64,000 nt of DNA, from contig OX597836.1 in the NCBI GenBank assembly GCA_951406725.2, positions 3,658,001-3,722,000 on the forward strand, in the 5' to 3' direction. The translations under genes and the position numbers were made by a program. Shown here one piece after another: positions 39,375 through 51,265 of this stretch. Within the stretch, counting starts at the first letter, position 1. The number at the start of each line of letters is the position of its first letter. The notes beneath the pieces are model-generated. The model had not been told where the DNA came from, ran no database searches, and saw only the letters and a list, made by a program, of their open reading frames with translations. The DNA is from Octopus vulgaris. Lineage: Eukaryota.

Positions 39375-40200
39375 TCAAGCACAGCATATCGCCCAAGGCC
39401 TCCAGTCACTAGTCATTGCTTCTGTGAGGCTCAAAGTTTGAAGATCAAGCTTCACCACTTCGTCCCATGTCTTCCTGGGTCTACTTCTATCACATGTTCC
39501 TTCCATAGTTAGAGATTGACACTTCTCTACACAGCTGTCCTCAGCCATTCGCATTGCATGACCATACCAGCACAGTCGTCTCTCTTGCACACCACATCTG
39601 ATGCTTCTTATGCCTAACTTTTTTCTCATGATGTTTACACTCTGTTGTACATGCACACTGACATTGCACATCCAGTGAAGCATACTGGTTTCATTTAATT
39701 CAAGCCTATGTATGTCCTCAGCTATCACAGCCAATGTTTCACTGCCATGTAGCATAGCTGTTTACACACAGGCATCATACAATCTGCCTTTCACTCTAAG
39801 AGAGGGGCCCTTTGTTGCCAGCAGAGGTAGGAGCTCTCTGAACACTGCCCAGCCCATTCTTGTTCTCACAGCTATGCTCTCAGAGCATCCTCCTCCACTA
39901 CTAACTTGGTCACCTAGATAACCAAAGCTATCTAGTACCTCTAGCTTGTACCCCCCCTCCCGGCAGTTGATGGGGTCTATTTTCTGTGCATTTTCGGTGT
40001 TTATTGTACCTGTGCGTCTTCCACACACACAAGCTAATTTCTCTTTTAACTTTCCTCTGATATTGCTGCACCGGTTATGTGTCAAAAGCTTACACTGGGT
40101 GCATCTTATGGAGTTTCTACCTACACCTTTTCTACACATCGAGCAGGGCCATCTACCTGAAGTGATTTTTGATTTGTCTGCCTTCCTATTTGCTAAGACT
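39375..40200 (-). mobile_element. 5'-truncated RTE-clade LINE, C-terminal ORF2 fragment with a Cys/His-rich segment
   Basis: ORFs 39762-40139 and 39375-39755 carry RTE motifs: LEVLDSFGYLGD, GRLYDACV..MLHGSET, RRLCWYGHAMRM and RSRPRKTW. They are preceded by C..CRKGVGRNSIRCTQCK..H.RCS. Confidence 0.9.
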
Positions 40201-40961
40201 TTAGTGCAGAGAGAGAGAGAGAGAAAGAGGGAGATGATGATGATGATGATATCAAGGTGGGGGTGGGGGGTGGAATCACATAAATAATGGATTTAGAATA
40301 TTTAAAACCATTTCGTGTTCTGCTTCTGTCATTGTTGTTGTTGGTGGTCACCTCAAGCGCCTGAGAATAGCTCTTAGGAGCTCTAGAGCCGCGGAAGGGA
40401 GATGAAATCATCTCGTCCATTGTAACCCCTATTTGGCGGATATAGCGTTCCACCATCAGGGCCAGTTAACCGTTTCTTGTGGCTATTTTTCTCTACCTTC
40501 CTTGGTGATGGTTGTCTTTTTTTATTGTCTCTGATTTTTTTTTTCTCCTTGATTTATCTGTACCAGATCTTTTAATCAACACTGGTCATTTTCTGACATT
40601 ATAAAGAAAACTAAAAACAAATTATCAAAACTGCAAAAAAAAAAAAAAAAAAAGAAAACCATTAACAAAAGCACAAAAGAAAAAGAAAAGCAACGGCCAT
40701 GCTTTGACATGTTAATCGATGACCTACAAGAACCACCACCAAAGATCAGATATCTCTCTTTTTTTTTTTTCGATCATACACTTATTGAATACCTGGAGGC
40801 TTGTTTGGATCAACCAAGCTTCATTTATTTATTAATTAATTTATTCATTTATTTAATTATTTATCTCTTTTTACTGTTGCATCTGCAGGACCGGTTGTAT
40901 TGTTCAGCTTAAAAAGGGAAAAAAATCCATAGGTGTTCTACCCCTCATTCAACTTTCTGTT

Positions 40962-41004
<43 letters not shown>

Positions 41005-41915
41005 AATTATTGTATACAGTGCCCAGGTGCCCCACAACTTGTCAGAAAGTGCGTATAAAGCATATGCAGTAATGTACAAATGCCTGGGAAGCAAACAGTG
41101 TATGAGTCAGATAGATGCTTGCATGTGTACGGAGGGGAGAAAATCAGGTGTAGTGTTGGCGAATCTCAGGAAGCATGGAAGTTTTTAAGTTTTTATAACA
41201 TTGACTGTATTTCTGTTTGCAGTATTGAGAGCAAATAAAACGCACAAAATAAGGCTTTATTTCATATGTTATGATGAAACAGCACAATTGATTATACAGT
41301 TCTATATTTAAGAGGTGTGGAATTATGTACATTATTTACATTATTATTTCTATAGGTATAGGAGTGGTTGTGTGGTAACTAGCTTGCTTACGAACCACAT
41401 GGTTCTGGGTTCAGTCCCACTGCGTGGCAGCTTGGGCAAGTGTCCTCTACTATAGCCTCGGGCCAACCAAAGCCTTGTGAGTGGATTTGGTAGACGGAAA
41501 CTGAAAGAAGCCTGTCGTGTATATATATATATGTGTGTGTGTGTGTGTTTGTGTTTGTCCCCCCAACATCGTTTGACAACTGATGCTGGTGTGTTTACAT
41601 CCCTGTAACTTATCGGTTCGGCAAAAGAGACCGATAGAATAAGTACTAGGCTTACTAAGAATAAGTCCTGGGGTTGATTTGTTCGACTAAAGGCGGTGCT
41701 CCAGCATGGCCACTGTCAAATGACTGAAACAAGTAAAAGACTAGATTTACATTTGATGTAACCTGAATAATAATAATAATAATGATAATTTATTTCTTTA
41801 TTGCCCACAAGGGGCTAAACATAGGGGAGACAAATAAGGACAGACAAGGGAATTAAGTCGATTACCTTAGGAAAAATACCTTAGGAATGAGAACCCAGGT
41901 TCGAAATTTCCCCAA

Positions 41916-41960
41916 GACACTTGATGAAGGTTGGAGAGTATATCAGCCAAAACATTGTGC
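41916..41960 (+). other. Degenerate minimal type-I hammerhead ribozyme motif in a dispersed (Penelope-like) repeat; partial sister copy at ~38415-38485 on the - strand
   Basis: GACAC-TTGATGA-AGGTTGG(AGAGTATA)TCAGCC-AAAACATT-GTGC. The sister copy retains CTGATGA. The core GAAAC is mutated here. Confidence 0.55.
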
Positions 41961-42372
41961 TATCAAGAAACAAGATGAGGAGGACAAACATCTATCAATT
42001 GTGAATAATGTAAATAATGTAAATAAAGGACAATTGATGTTGAAGGACTTGTACGAAGCTTTTAAATGTGTATGCCTTGATCTTTTGGGAGACGATTCAC
42101 TTCTAACCCGTTAGCAATTACACAAACCAAAATATTCTACTTGTTTTATGTTCAAACTGGACAGATCCTGTCTCTCACACCTGACCTACAATGTCATTTG
42201 GAAAAATATACTATAAATGCCGGCGTGGCTTTGTGGTAAGAAGCTTGCTCCCTAACCACATGGTTCTGGGTTCAACCCCTACTGTGTGACACCTTGGGCA
42301 AGTGTCTTCTACTGGAGCCTCAGGCTGACAAAATCCTTGTGAGTGGATTTGTTAGATGGAAACTGAATAAAG

Positions 42373-42432
<60 letters not shown>

Positions 42433-42877
42433 CGACGCCCTACTGGCACTTGTGCTAGTGTGCACGTGGCACGTAAAAAGCACCCACTACACTCTCGGAG
42501 TGGTTGGCATTAGGAAGGGCATCCAGCTGTAGAAACTGGCAGATCAGATTGGAGCCTGGTGCAGCCATCTGGTTTGCCAGTCCTCAGTTAAATTGTCCAA
42601 CCCATGCTAGCATGGAAAGCGGACGTTAAACGATGATGATGATACATATATATATATATATATATATACGTATGTATGTGTGTTTGTGTCTGTGTTTGTC
42701 CCCCCCCCCCAACATCACTTGACAACCAATTTTGGTGTGTTTATATCCCCAGAACTTAGCAGTTCGGCAAAATTACTGACAGAATTAGTACTAGGCTTAC
42801 AAAGAATAAGTCCTGGGGTTGCTTTGCTCGACTAAATGTGGTGCTCCAGCATGGCCACAGTCAAATGACTGAAACCA

Positions 42878-42914
<37 letters not shown>

Positions 42915-43261
42915 CATCAATAGTACAGAGTAAACCATTAGATTAATACAAAATTGTTTTTATTAAAACTAGACACAAAAACAAATGTATATATATATAT
43001 ATATATACACACACACATTTGTGTATATACACACACACATTTGTGTATACACAGAAATATGGATTGATAGATAGATATATAAGAGCATGCATGTGTGTGT
43101 GTAGTATCTGTATATTTGTATACATGCCCGTATGTATGCGTATAATTGTGTGTGTTTGTAATTAAATGTACTCTAGAAAGCAGGTTATTATAAAAGTGTA
43201 TTGTTTTGGTTTCAAATGAATTTTCAGAAGTGTTTATGCCATGTGTGTGTGTGTGTGTGTG

Positions 43262-44618
43262 TGTTTGGAGGGAAGGGTGAGAGTGAGAGGATACATGACT
43301 TGAGGAAGTAGGAGGAAGGTGCGACGGGCGAAAGGGAAACAGTGATAGGAGAGGGAAGAGGAAATGTGGATAGAGGGGTGTAAATAGGGCGAGAGTAGGA
43401 GGTTGATTTGTGCGAATGTAATAAGGGTGAGGGATATGAAGGAGGGATGTGAAGGGGAGGAATGAAAGAGTGAGAGAGAGAGAGAGATAGAGGGATGCGG
43501 AGTGTGAGCTCGAGTGAAAGCGTGTTAGAGAGAGTGTGAGAGAAGAAGGGAGAGAGAGAGAGAGAGAGAGTGGAAAGATGTGAAAAAGAATTGGGAGGAG
43601 CAGGAAGAGAAGGGGTGATAGTGGAAAGTTACTGGAAAATATTTGGCCGTCCAACAGACTGAGAGAGTGAGAGAGAGAGAGTGAAAGAGTAATACACTGT
43701 TTAAGAGAGAAAGAGGAAGGGTGAGAGGGAGGGAGGACATATTGGTATAAATGTTAGAGAGGGAGAAAAGATCTGTGGTGACACACATAGAGTGATATAG
43801 AGAGGAAGAGAAAGGCGAAAGAGGGAAACAAAGAGCGGGAATGAGAGAGAGAGAAAAAATAAGAGATGGAAAATTAAGTGACAATAATAGGGAGTAGGAG
43901 TAAAGCTGAAAGACAGATGTATATAGAGTGAGAGAAAGAGAGAGAGTGAGAGAGAAGAGAGAAAAAAAAGAGATAAAAGTGAAGGGGTGGGTGTTTGTGT
44001 GAAAATGAGTAATAGTATGAGGTGTGTGTTTGGTAGTAGTAGTTTTAGGAGTCTTTCTATATTAGTAATAGTAGTAATGGTGGTGGTAGTAGTAATATTC
44101 TATGTTACTTATGTAGTAGTAGTAATAGTGGTGGTGATAGAAATATTTTTTGTTTAACCCTCGGTCAATCTTAATCGAGCAGGATTATGATCCAAATCAT
44201 TCCATCCGTGGCCAACCCTCCGCTCTTTTTTATTTTCATGGGTATATAGGACTACAATAGTATCAAATATATATATGTTTTTATATTTTTAAATTTTTAT
44301 ATAACACAGTGGGGTATAATTTGTGGGTGTCGTTTGACTGCTATTTCTAGCAGGTGGATCTGTCACGTAGACGCTTTGTACGGAGCGGCTGTAGTAGTAG
44401 TAGTTGGGGGAAGGGTAATGATATAGAGAGAGGGAGGAAGAGAGATAGAGTGATAGTTAGAAAGGGAAAGAGAAAGGTAGAGAGATATATAGAGAGATAG
44501 AAATGGACAGAGAGGGAGAGAAGAATCTAGAGAATGACGTAAAGAAGGAAATAGAAGACAAGGAAAAGAACGAAGAGGAGCGGTTTTTTTTTGTGAAATG
44601 TTATATTTTTGACAAACT

Positions 44619-44660
<42 letters not shown>

Positions 44661-44915
44661 GTGAGAGAGAGAGAGAGAGATAGATGATAGATAGATATAT
44701 ATATATATATATAGAGAGAGATAGATAGAGAGAGAGAGTAGATAGATAGATAGAGAGAGATATATATAGATAGAGAGAGAGAGATAGAGAGAGAGAGATA
44801 TATATAGATAGATAGAGAGAGAGAGAGTAGATAGATAGATAGAGAGAGAGAGAGTAGATAGATAGATAGAGAGAGAGATATATAGATAGAGAGAGAGTGT
44901 AGATAGATAGATGAT

Positions 44916-44946
<31 letters not shown>

Positions 44947-45180
44947 GATTGTAGTGGGAGGAAGTGAGAATATAGTAAGAGCTTCAAGGTGAGGAAAATA
45001 AACGAGAGGAGGAAGGGGAGGAAGGTCAAAGTGAGTGAGTGAGAAACTAAAAGATAAACTCCGAGTAATAATAGAGAGAGAAAGAGAGAAAGACAGCGAG
45101 GGGGAGAGTGTGTAGCAGGAAGAGGAGAACGCGTGAGTGGAAAGGATAGACAGATAGTACAAGAGAGAGAGTGAGGGAGT
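43262..45180 (+). repeat. Extended purine-rich (GA/GATA) low-complexity region upstream of OAZ
   Basis: Long A/G-skewed tracts at about 43262-43990 and 44400-45180, switching to a pyrimidine-rich tract at about 45230-45380. Confidence 0.85.
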
Positions 45181-46031
45181 ATTATGTCACGACGTCATGC
45201 TTGCTGCCTACCCACTTACCTCTCAAACATTGTCTTTCCCTCTCTCTCTCTCTCTTTTTTAGATCCTCCTACCACTACGCTTGTTTTATTTACTCTCTCT
45301 CTTTCTCTACCCCTCTGTCTTCTTTCCCCTTTGCTCTTCCTTCTTTTTTTTACTCTTCCTCCCTTTTTCCTCCCCTTTCTGATGTTTAACTATTAAAAGT
45401 GAAATATATACATTCACATACGTATAGTTAACTATATACACTCGCACACGTATATGATGTATATATATATATATTTATACATACGCACATACAGAGTGAG
45501 AGAGAGAGAGAGAGAGAGTAAAAGAGAGAGTGGGTGGGAGGCAGAAACACATATATATATATAGAGAGTGAGGTGGGAGGTAGATATTTATTTAGAGAGA
45601 GAGAGAGAGAAGCGAATAGGTAGTGGGAGGTAAAAACATATATATATATATATATATAGAGAGACAGAGAGAGAGAGACAGACAGAGAGAGAAATATGTA
45701 TGTGTGTGTGTGTGCAGTGAAAGAGAGTGAGATAAAGGGAGTGTAAGGTAGGAGGCAGATACACACACACACACACAGACACTTACAACACACACATACA
45801 TATAAATAATAGAGAGAATGAGGGGGAGTTAACAAAGATAGATATATATAAATTGTAGACGGAGTAGGAGGGAAAAATTAATTCGTCTACTCCTCCCCCC
45901 TCACTCTCTCACCCTTCCTGGGTCTCTCCCCTTTTTAATTGTGGTCTTTTCTTAATAAACCATCATTTCAGAAGAGCTTAGTGGTTAAAGCAAGCCAGTA
46001 GGTTGTGTGTAGCCCTGCTCCAAGCCTAGTA

Positions 46032-46123
46032 ATGTTGTGTGCCTCCAAGGCTATAGTTATAGACGAAAACTTTGGCCCACAAGTAAAAGAAGAAGCAATG
46101 CCTTCCTTACAGCGTAGTGATAC
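46032..46123 (+). CDS. OAZ: Ornithine decarboxylase antizyme, probable coding exon 1 (ORF1 start: MLCASKAIVIDENFGPQVKEEAMPSLQRSD-T); second in-frame ATG at 46098
   Basis: The frame is open from ATG 46032 to a phase-2 donor AC|GTAGGT at 46124. AC plus the first G of the 56546 exon gives Thr and keeps frame into the frameshift site. The second Met context MPSLQ recalls MPLLS after the second AUG of mammalian OAZ1. Linkage across the 10.4-kb intron is inferred, not shown by transcript data. Confidence 0.75.
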
Positions 46124-47096
46124 GTAGGTATTTTTGGTATTTTATCTCCCTGCCACCCTTGTCTCTTCCTCTTTTAATATATATTTAATAATATTATACT
46201 CGCCAGTCTACTATGAATTATAATTATTATATACATAAAGAGTAAAAGAGAGTTATTATTTATATATATATATATATAGCAACGTATTTGTATATACACT
46301 CAATTTCTGTGGCTTATCTTTGGTTTAGAATCTGCATATATATATATATATATTTATTTAGTATATATAGAGATAGATTCTAAACCAAATACGAACTACA
46401 GAAAGTGGGTGTATATATGTATATGTATATATAATGTGATTTGTAATTAAAATTGCCCTTCTAATAATTTATAGTAGTAATTATATATTTTAATTTAAAG
46501 CTAATTTTACCGTTTGTCGTTACCAATTTTTGCGTTTCTGACGCGAAACTCCAGGTAACGACTAAAAAATAATATATATATATATATGGTCCTATATTTT
46601 TATTTTCGTTTGTAAATTCAAACGTATATATTTAATGTGGCTTTTAAGCCCCAGTTCATCTCTTGTCGAGTGTATACTTATCGAAAGCGTTCCAGCCATG
46701 ACCATTCCGTCTTTTATTTAGACATTACTTTAAACTCAAAACTTCATAATCCCAAATGTCCTTCCTTATTTTTTCTGCCTTTTTAAGATTCGCCTTCATA
46801 ATTTTGCGAGATACTTACCTGCTATTTCTAGCAAGAATAGCGTGCCCCCCAGGCTTTTTTCTTTTCCTATTAAAAGATCTGGTCAGGTCGTTCATTCTAT
46901 TATCTGCCTTTCTTTTATTTTTTTTCCTAATATTTTAATTACTAAACCATTCCTTTTTCGACTTAGCTATTCTCACCCCATATGACCTCCTTCGCAGCCA
47001 GCCATTCCATAACCAAACCCACACACAACTATATCTTGTGATATCTGTGCTGCTTGAGAGAGGCAGCCTTTTGCGCTCACTCCAAATGCACGTACA

Positions 47097-47132
<36 letters not shown>

Positions 47133-50100
47133 ATACCTCGCACGTGTATATGTGTGTGCGCATGACTTTGTAATTAATGAACTGTTGTAGATGTGTGTAG
47201 ATGTGTGTAGATATACACACACATATATATATCCATATATGATGTCGATGTGTATGGGTGTGTATGTATATATATAAAACATACGCATGATGCGATATTT
47301 GTGTATATGACATCATAAATGGGTGTGTATTATCTACGCACATTTGAGCATAATATTTTATAATTAAATAGCTCTTCAAAAAATATATACCTATTACGAT
47401 GCCATCTTATATATACCGTTATGTGTATAATCATAGGTGTTTGTATATATGTAACAATCTTAATTGATCTTTTAATAAACTATCCAAAAATTATTTATTC
47501 TCATCTTTGATCCTTACCGTGTGTGTTTGTATATATACCTATATAGGTATAGTTATATATATTTATATATATATATGTATGAAATCACACACACCTATAC
47601 GTTCGTGTATATTCCTATATTAATTAGTTGATAATTAATAACCTAATCTCCCAAAACGTGGTTTATATATCCAGATATATTCTCCTAATTGACTTTTTGT
47701 AATAGAAGCTATGACACACCTTCCCCACCTTATCAATAAGTGATCTAATTGGAATTTAAAAGATTTATCTACGACGAATTATACATCCAGCTCTACGCCG
47801 AAATATACTCTGTGCTCGCTCTGCCCGCTAGAAATAGCAATTAAAACTTCCACAAATTATAAACCATCTTCTTAAAGGACACGTGGAATTAAAGGTGTTT
47901 GGAAGAAAAAAAACAAAAAACGGGATGGTCAACTTTGGAATGCTTTCATCATACCTAGGTGTATTCTTTTGAGGTTATCGTCCTCCCACTAGACCTCATC
48001 CGCCCTCCAAAATACTCAAGCATTCGAATCTGAATACATCTTTAATTTATAAAATGCGTATATAATGTAATTATATGAAATTATGATTGTGGCGTTGGGT
48101 ATTTTTCCTCATGGGTTTTCATTTTGGGCCTCACGTTATTCGTGCCCTGGTGTTTAAATTATTGATTTTAGTACCTGGCAGAAATAGAAGTTAAATGTTT
48201 TAGGTCGTTACTGTTCGTGAATGTTTTTGTTTGAAGGAGGGGGGAAAAAAATTAGCCTAAATAATGGGAACGGTTAAAAGGAAAAAAAAAAATTATGTAG
48301 TTTTTGCTAGTTACAACTTTCGAATCGGAAAAGTTCTTAAAGTTTATTAAAATGATTAACGAAATTAAAATTCACCCCCCCCTAACTTTTTAAGATATTT
48401 TAGTTGTATAAAATAAACTTAGTGAAATTAAAAAGGCGTGTGTATGTACATACATATATATACATAGTGTACATGTATATAAAAGGTAAAATATACTAGA
48501 ACCGTAAGATTGCCATAATATAAAATGTGTGATTATATAGTGTACATATATAAAATATAAATTGTGTGTATGTATATATAGTTTACATATATAAAATAAA
48601 TAAAAATTGTGTGTATGTATATATAGTTTACATATATAAAATAAATAAAAATTGTGTGTATATATAAATATAGTGTACATATATAAAGTGTGTATATATA
48701 CATACACGTCATGAATATTTGAATATTGGATTTTTAATGGATGTTTTGTAGATGATAGAAAATAAAGTGAAATAAACTATTAGTGCGTGCGTATATGTAC
48801 ATTTTATATATACGCCCCTTTTATATGCACACATTGTCATAGCAATCAAGGTGCTCTAATTAATGTCCACTGTCGTATGGATGGCTGTGTGTGTATATAT
48901 ATAATATATTTATGATGACGTTGGTCATAACTGGATCGTTTTTGATATTATGACTAGAACAACGTCTGCTCCATTAGAGACCTACGCTGGGAAGACAATT
49001 AGAATAATTATCCTGGATTGAAATTATTAACAATAATTAGCCATGAGTGAGTTAGTGATCGTAAGTCTCTCTGCCTCTAATTAATTGTAGATGACTGACC
49101 TAAGTTGCGGAAGAAAAAGACTGACTAAACAAAAAAATTAATTAGGTTGTTGACTATCAGATATTGTTTTGTTTTCGGGTCAGTTGTGATTGGAGTCGCT
49201 CCAGGCGTGCCCAGCCAATCTTGTGTATACTTTGTACTACTTTTGTTTCAAAGCAGATTTAGCTGCGTAGCTAATCTCTCTCTCTCTTTATGTATATATC
49301 TACCTCTCATTTTTCTCCATCCCCCTCTCTCGCTTTTCTGTATATTCACCAGTTCCGCCACCCTCTTATATATATATCTATCTATCTATCTCTCTCTCTC
49401 TTTTCCTCATACTCTTTCTACCTTTCCTCCTACCCCCCCACCTAGTCTTTAATTGTTCTTAGATAAGAGGGAAGACACACACACACACACAAAATGATCT
49501 GATAAGGATTATACTAAAGAAAATTAGCTAATTTCGTGCTAGAACTGGCATTTTAACTTCCTACTTGGGAGAAAAGATTAATAATTAGGAACTGAATAAA
49601 TTCTTCCTTAGATAATTTGTTAGGCGTATACCATACACACGTGTATATGTATACGCGGTATATTCAGCCATTATTTATATATGTGCCAAAAATATGAAAA
49701 TAGATATCTGCGTGGTTCTGTATACACTCGCATCGGATTTAGTGTCTGTTTTAATTATTATAGCCCTAGGTTTAAGCCCTGTTCTGAGCCAAAATTGATC
49801 GAGAGAGATCCAGTTTTATTTTATTTTTTTTTCTTAATACACACCTACATGCTACGTGTGTCCAACATGGTATTTGCTCCATTTATTTAAAGCCATTAAG
49901 AGTATCGATTTTCTTTTTATATATAAAAAAAAAGTCTATATGGCTGCTATTTTTAGCAAAGTCGAACGGCCACGTAAGAGGCTCGAAAGTTACACGTGAT
50001 GTGGCTGCGTTGAAAGCTTGTGACACGCGCACGCGCACACAACAGGAGACTTTTTATTTGTTGACCGATTTTCTCTGTTAAAAAGGGATTTTTTTTTAAT

Positions 50101-50218
50101 ATTTGTATTTGCTCTCAGCATTTTTAGAAAAAGGATTTTAAATTTACTATTTTTTTTTTTTTTTACTTGTGTGTTGATGTGACAGCTATCAATCTGTCAA
50201 GATGAAGCAATCACACAA

Positions 50219-50256
<38 letters not shown>

Positions 50257-50430
50257 TAGAAGGAAACCACTATGTGGACACCCTTATGCTAGAAATATTA
50301 GTGGTTTCCCTCTAATATATATATATATATAATACAATTTTACTGAACCTTCAGTTTTTTTATATGCTACACCACTGGTGTGAAATCGATTTTAATTAAA
50401 TTAATATCTAATTTCTCACCCTCATTTTAA

Positions 50431-50471
<41 letters not shown>

Positions 50472-51209
50472 TCTCCACCCATTTCTACAATTGGACAAGT
50501 AAATTAAGAAAATTGATGGATTTTAATTTATTAAAGCTAGTTATATGCATTTTATTATATACACACACACATGATATGGCGGTGCTCCAGTATGGCCGCA
50601 GCCATTATTTTGGAATGCCTGAAAGAAATTATGTGTAGCGGATGCCTTTTATTATCATTGATAAGGTTCTTGCATGTGCAGGATATTCTTGTAATTAATC
50701 CGCTGCTTAATGTTATCAGCTGGTTCATTATCCGAACTGCTTCGTCATACGCACTAAGCTGTGTATTATTAGCAGCATTCGTCTGCCGCCGACATTGTTT
50801 GCAAACGAAAAGATAGTTATTAGCCCGTAACTTTAATGGCTCAATAAATATCGATTGATTAAAAAGGAAGTAAAAGTAGCAGATTGGGATCGATATAATC
50901 GATTAAAAATCCCTTTGAAGCCGCTGCTCCAATATGGCCGTATTCCATTGTGATCGCCCAAAAAAGCTTATTTATAATAGTTTAGTGTATCATTTTACAC
51001 ACACACACACACACTTGAGATGTGTATCTTCTCAGTAATTAAGCATTAGTTCATCTGAACTGTTTTCCCGTTCATTAAAACTGCCTTCTTCCAATTTTAG
51101 CTTTCTGTATTTTGTAATTAGGAACAGAAAGCAACCGCGTAATTAACCCAAGTTATTGAAAGATAAACTAACGCTTAATGTCTAACATCTTCTGCGTATA
51201 TGATTTTAG

Positions 51210-51265
<56 letters not shown>

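Noticed and set aside
40193-40520. Coding-like unique stretch (MVERYIRQIGVT...)
   Set aside because: It has upstream in-frame stops, no recognisable domain and no clear splice sites; it is probably a decayed transposon fragment.
42938-45162. Leu/Ser-rich 119-238 aa ORFs on the minus strand
   Set aside because: They are products of GA/GATA low-complexity sequence.
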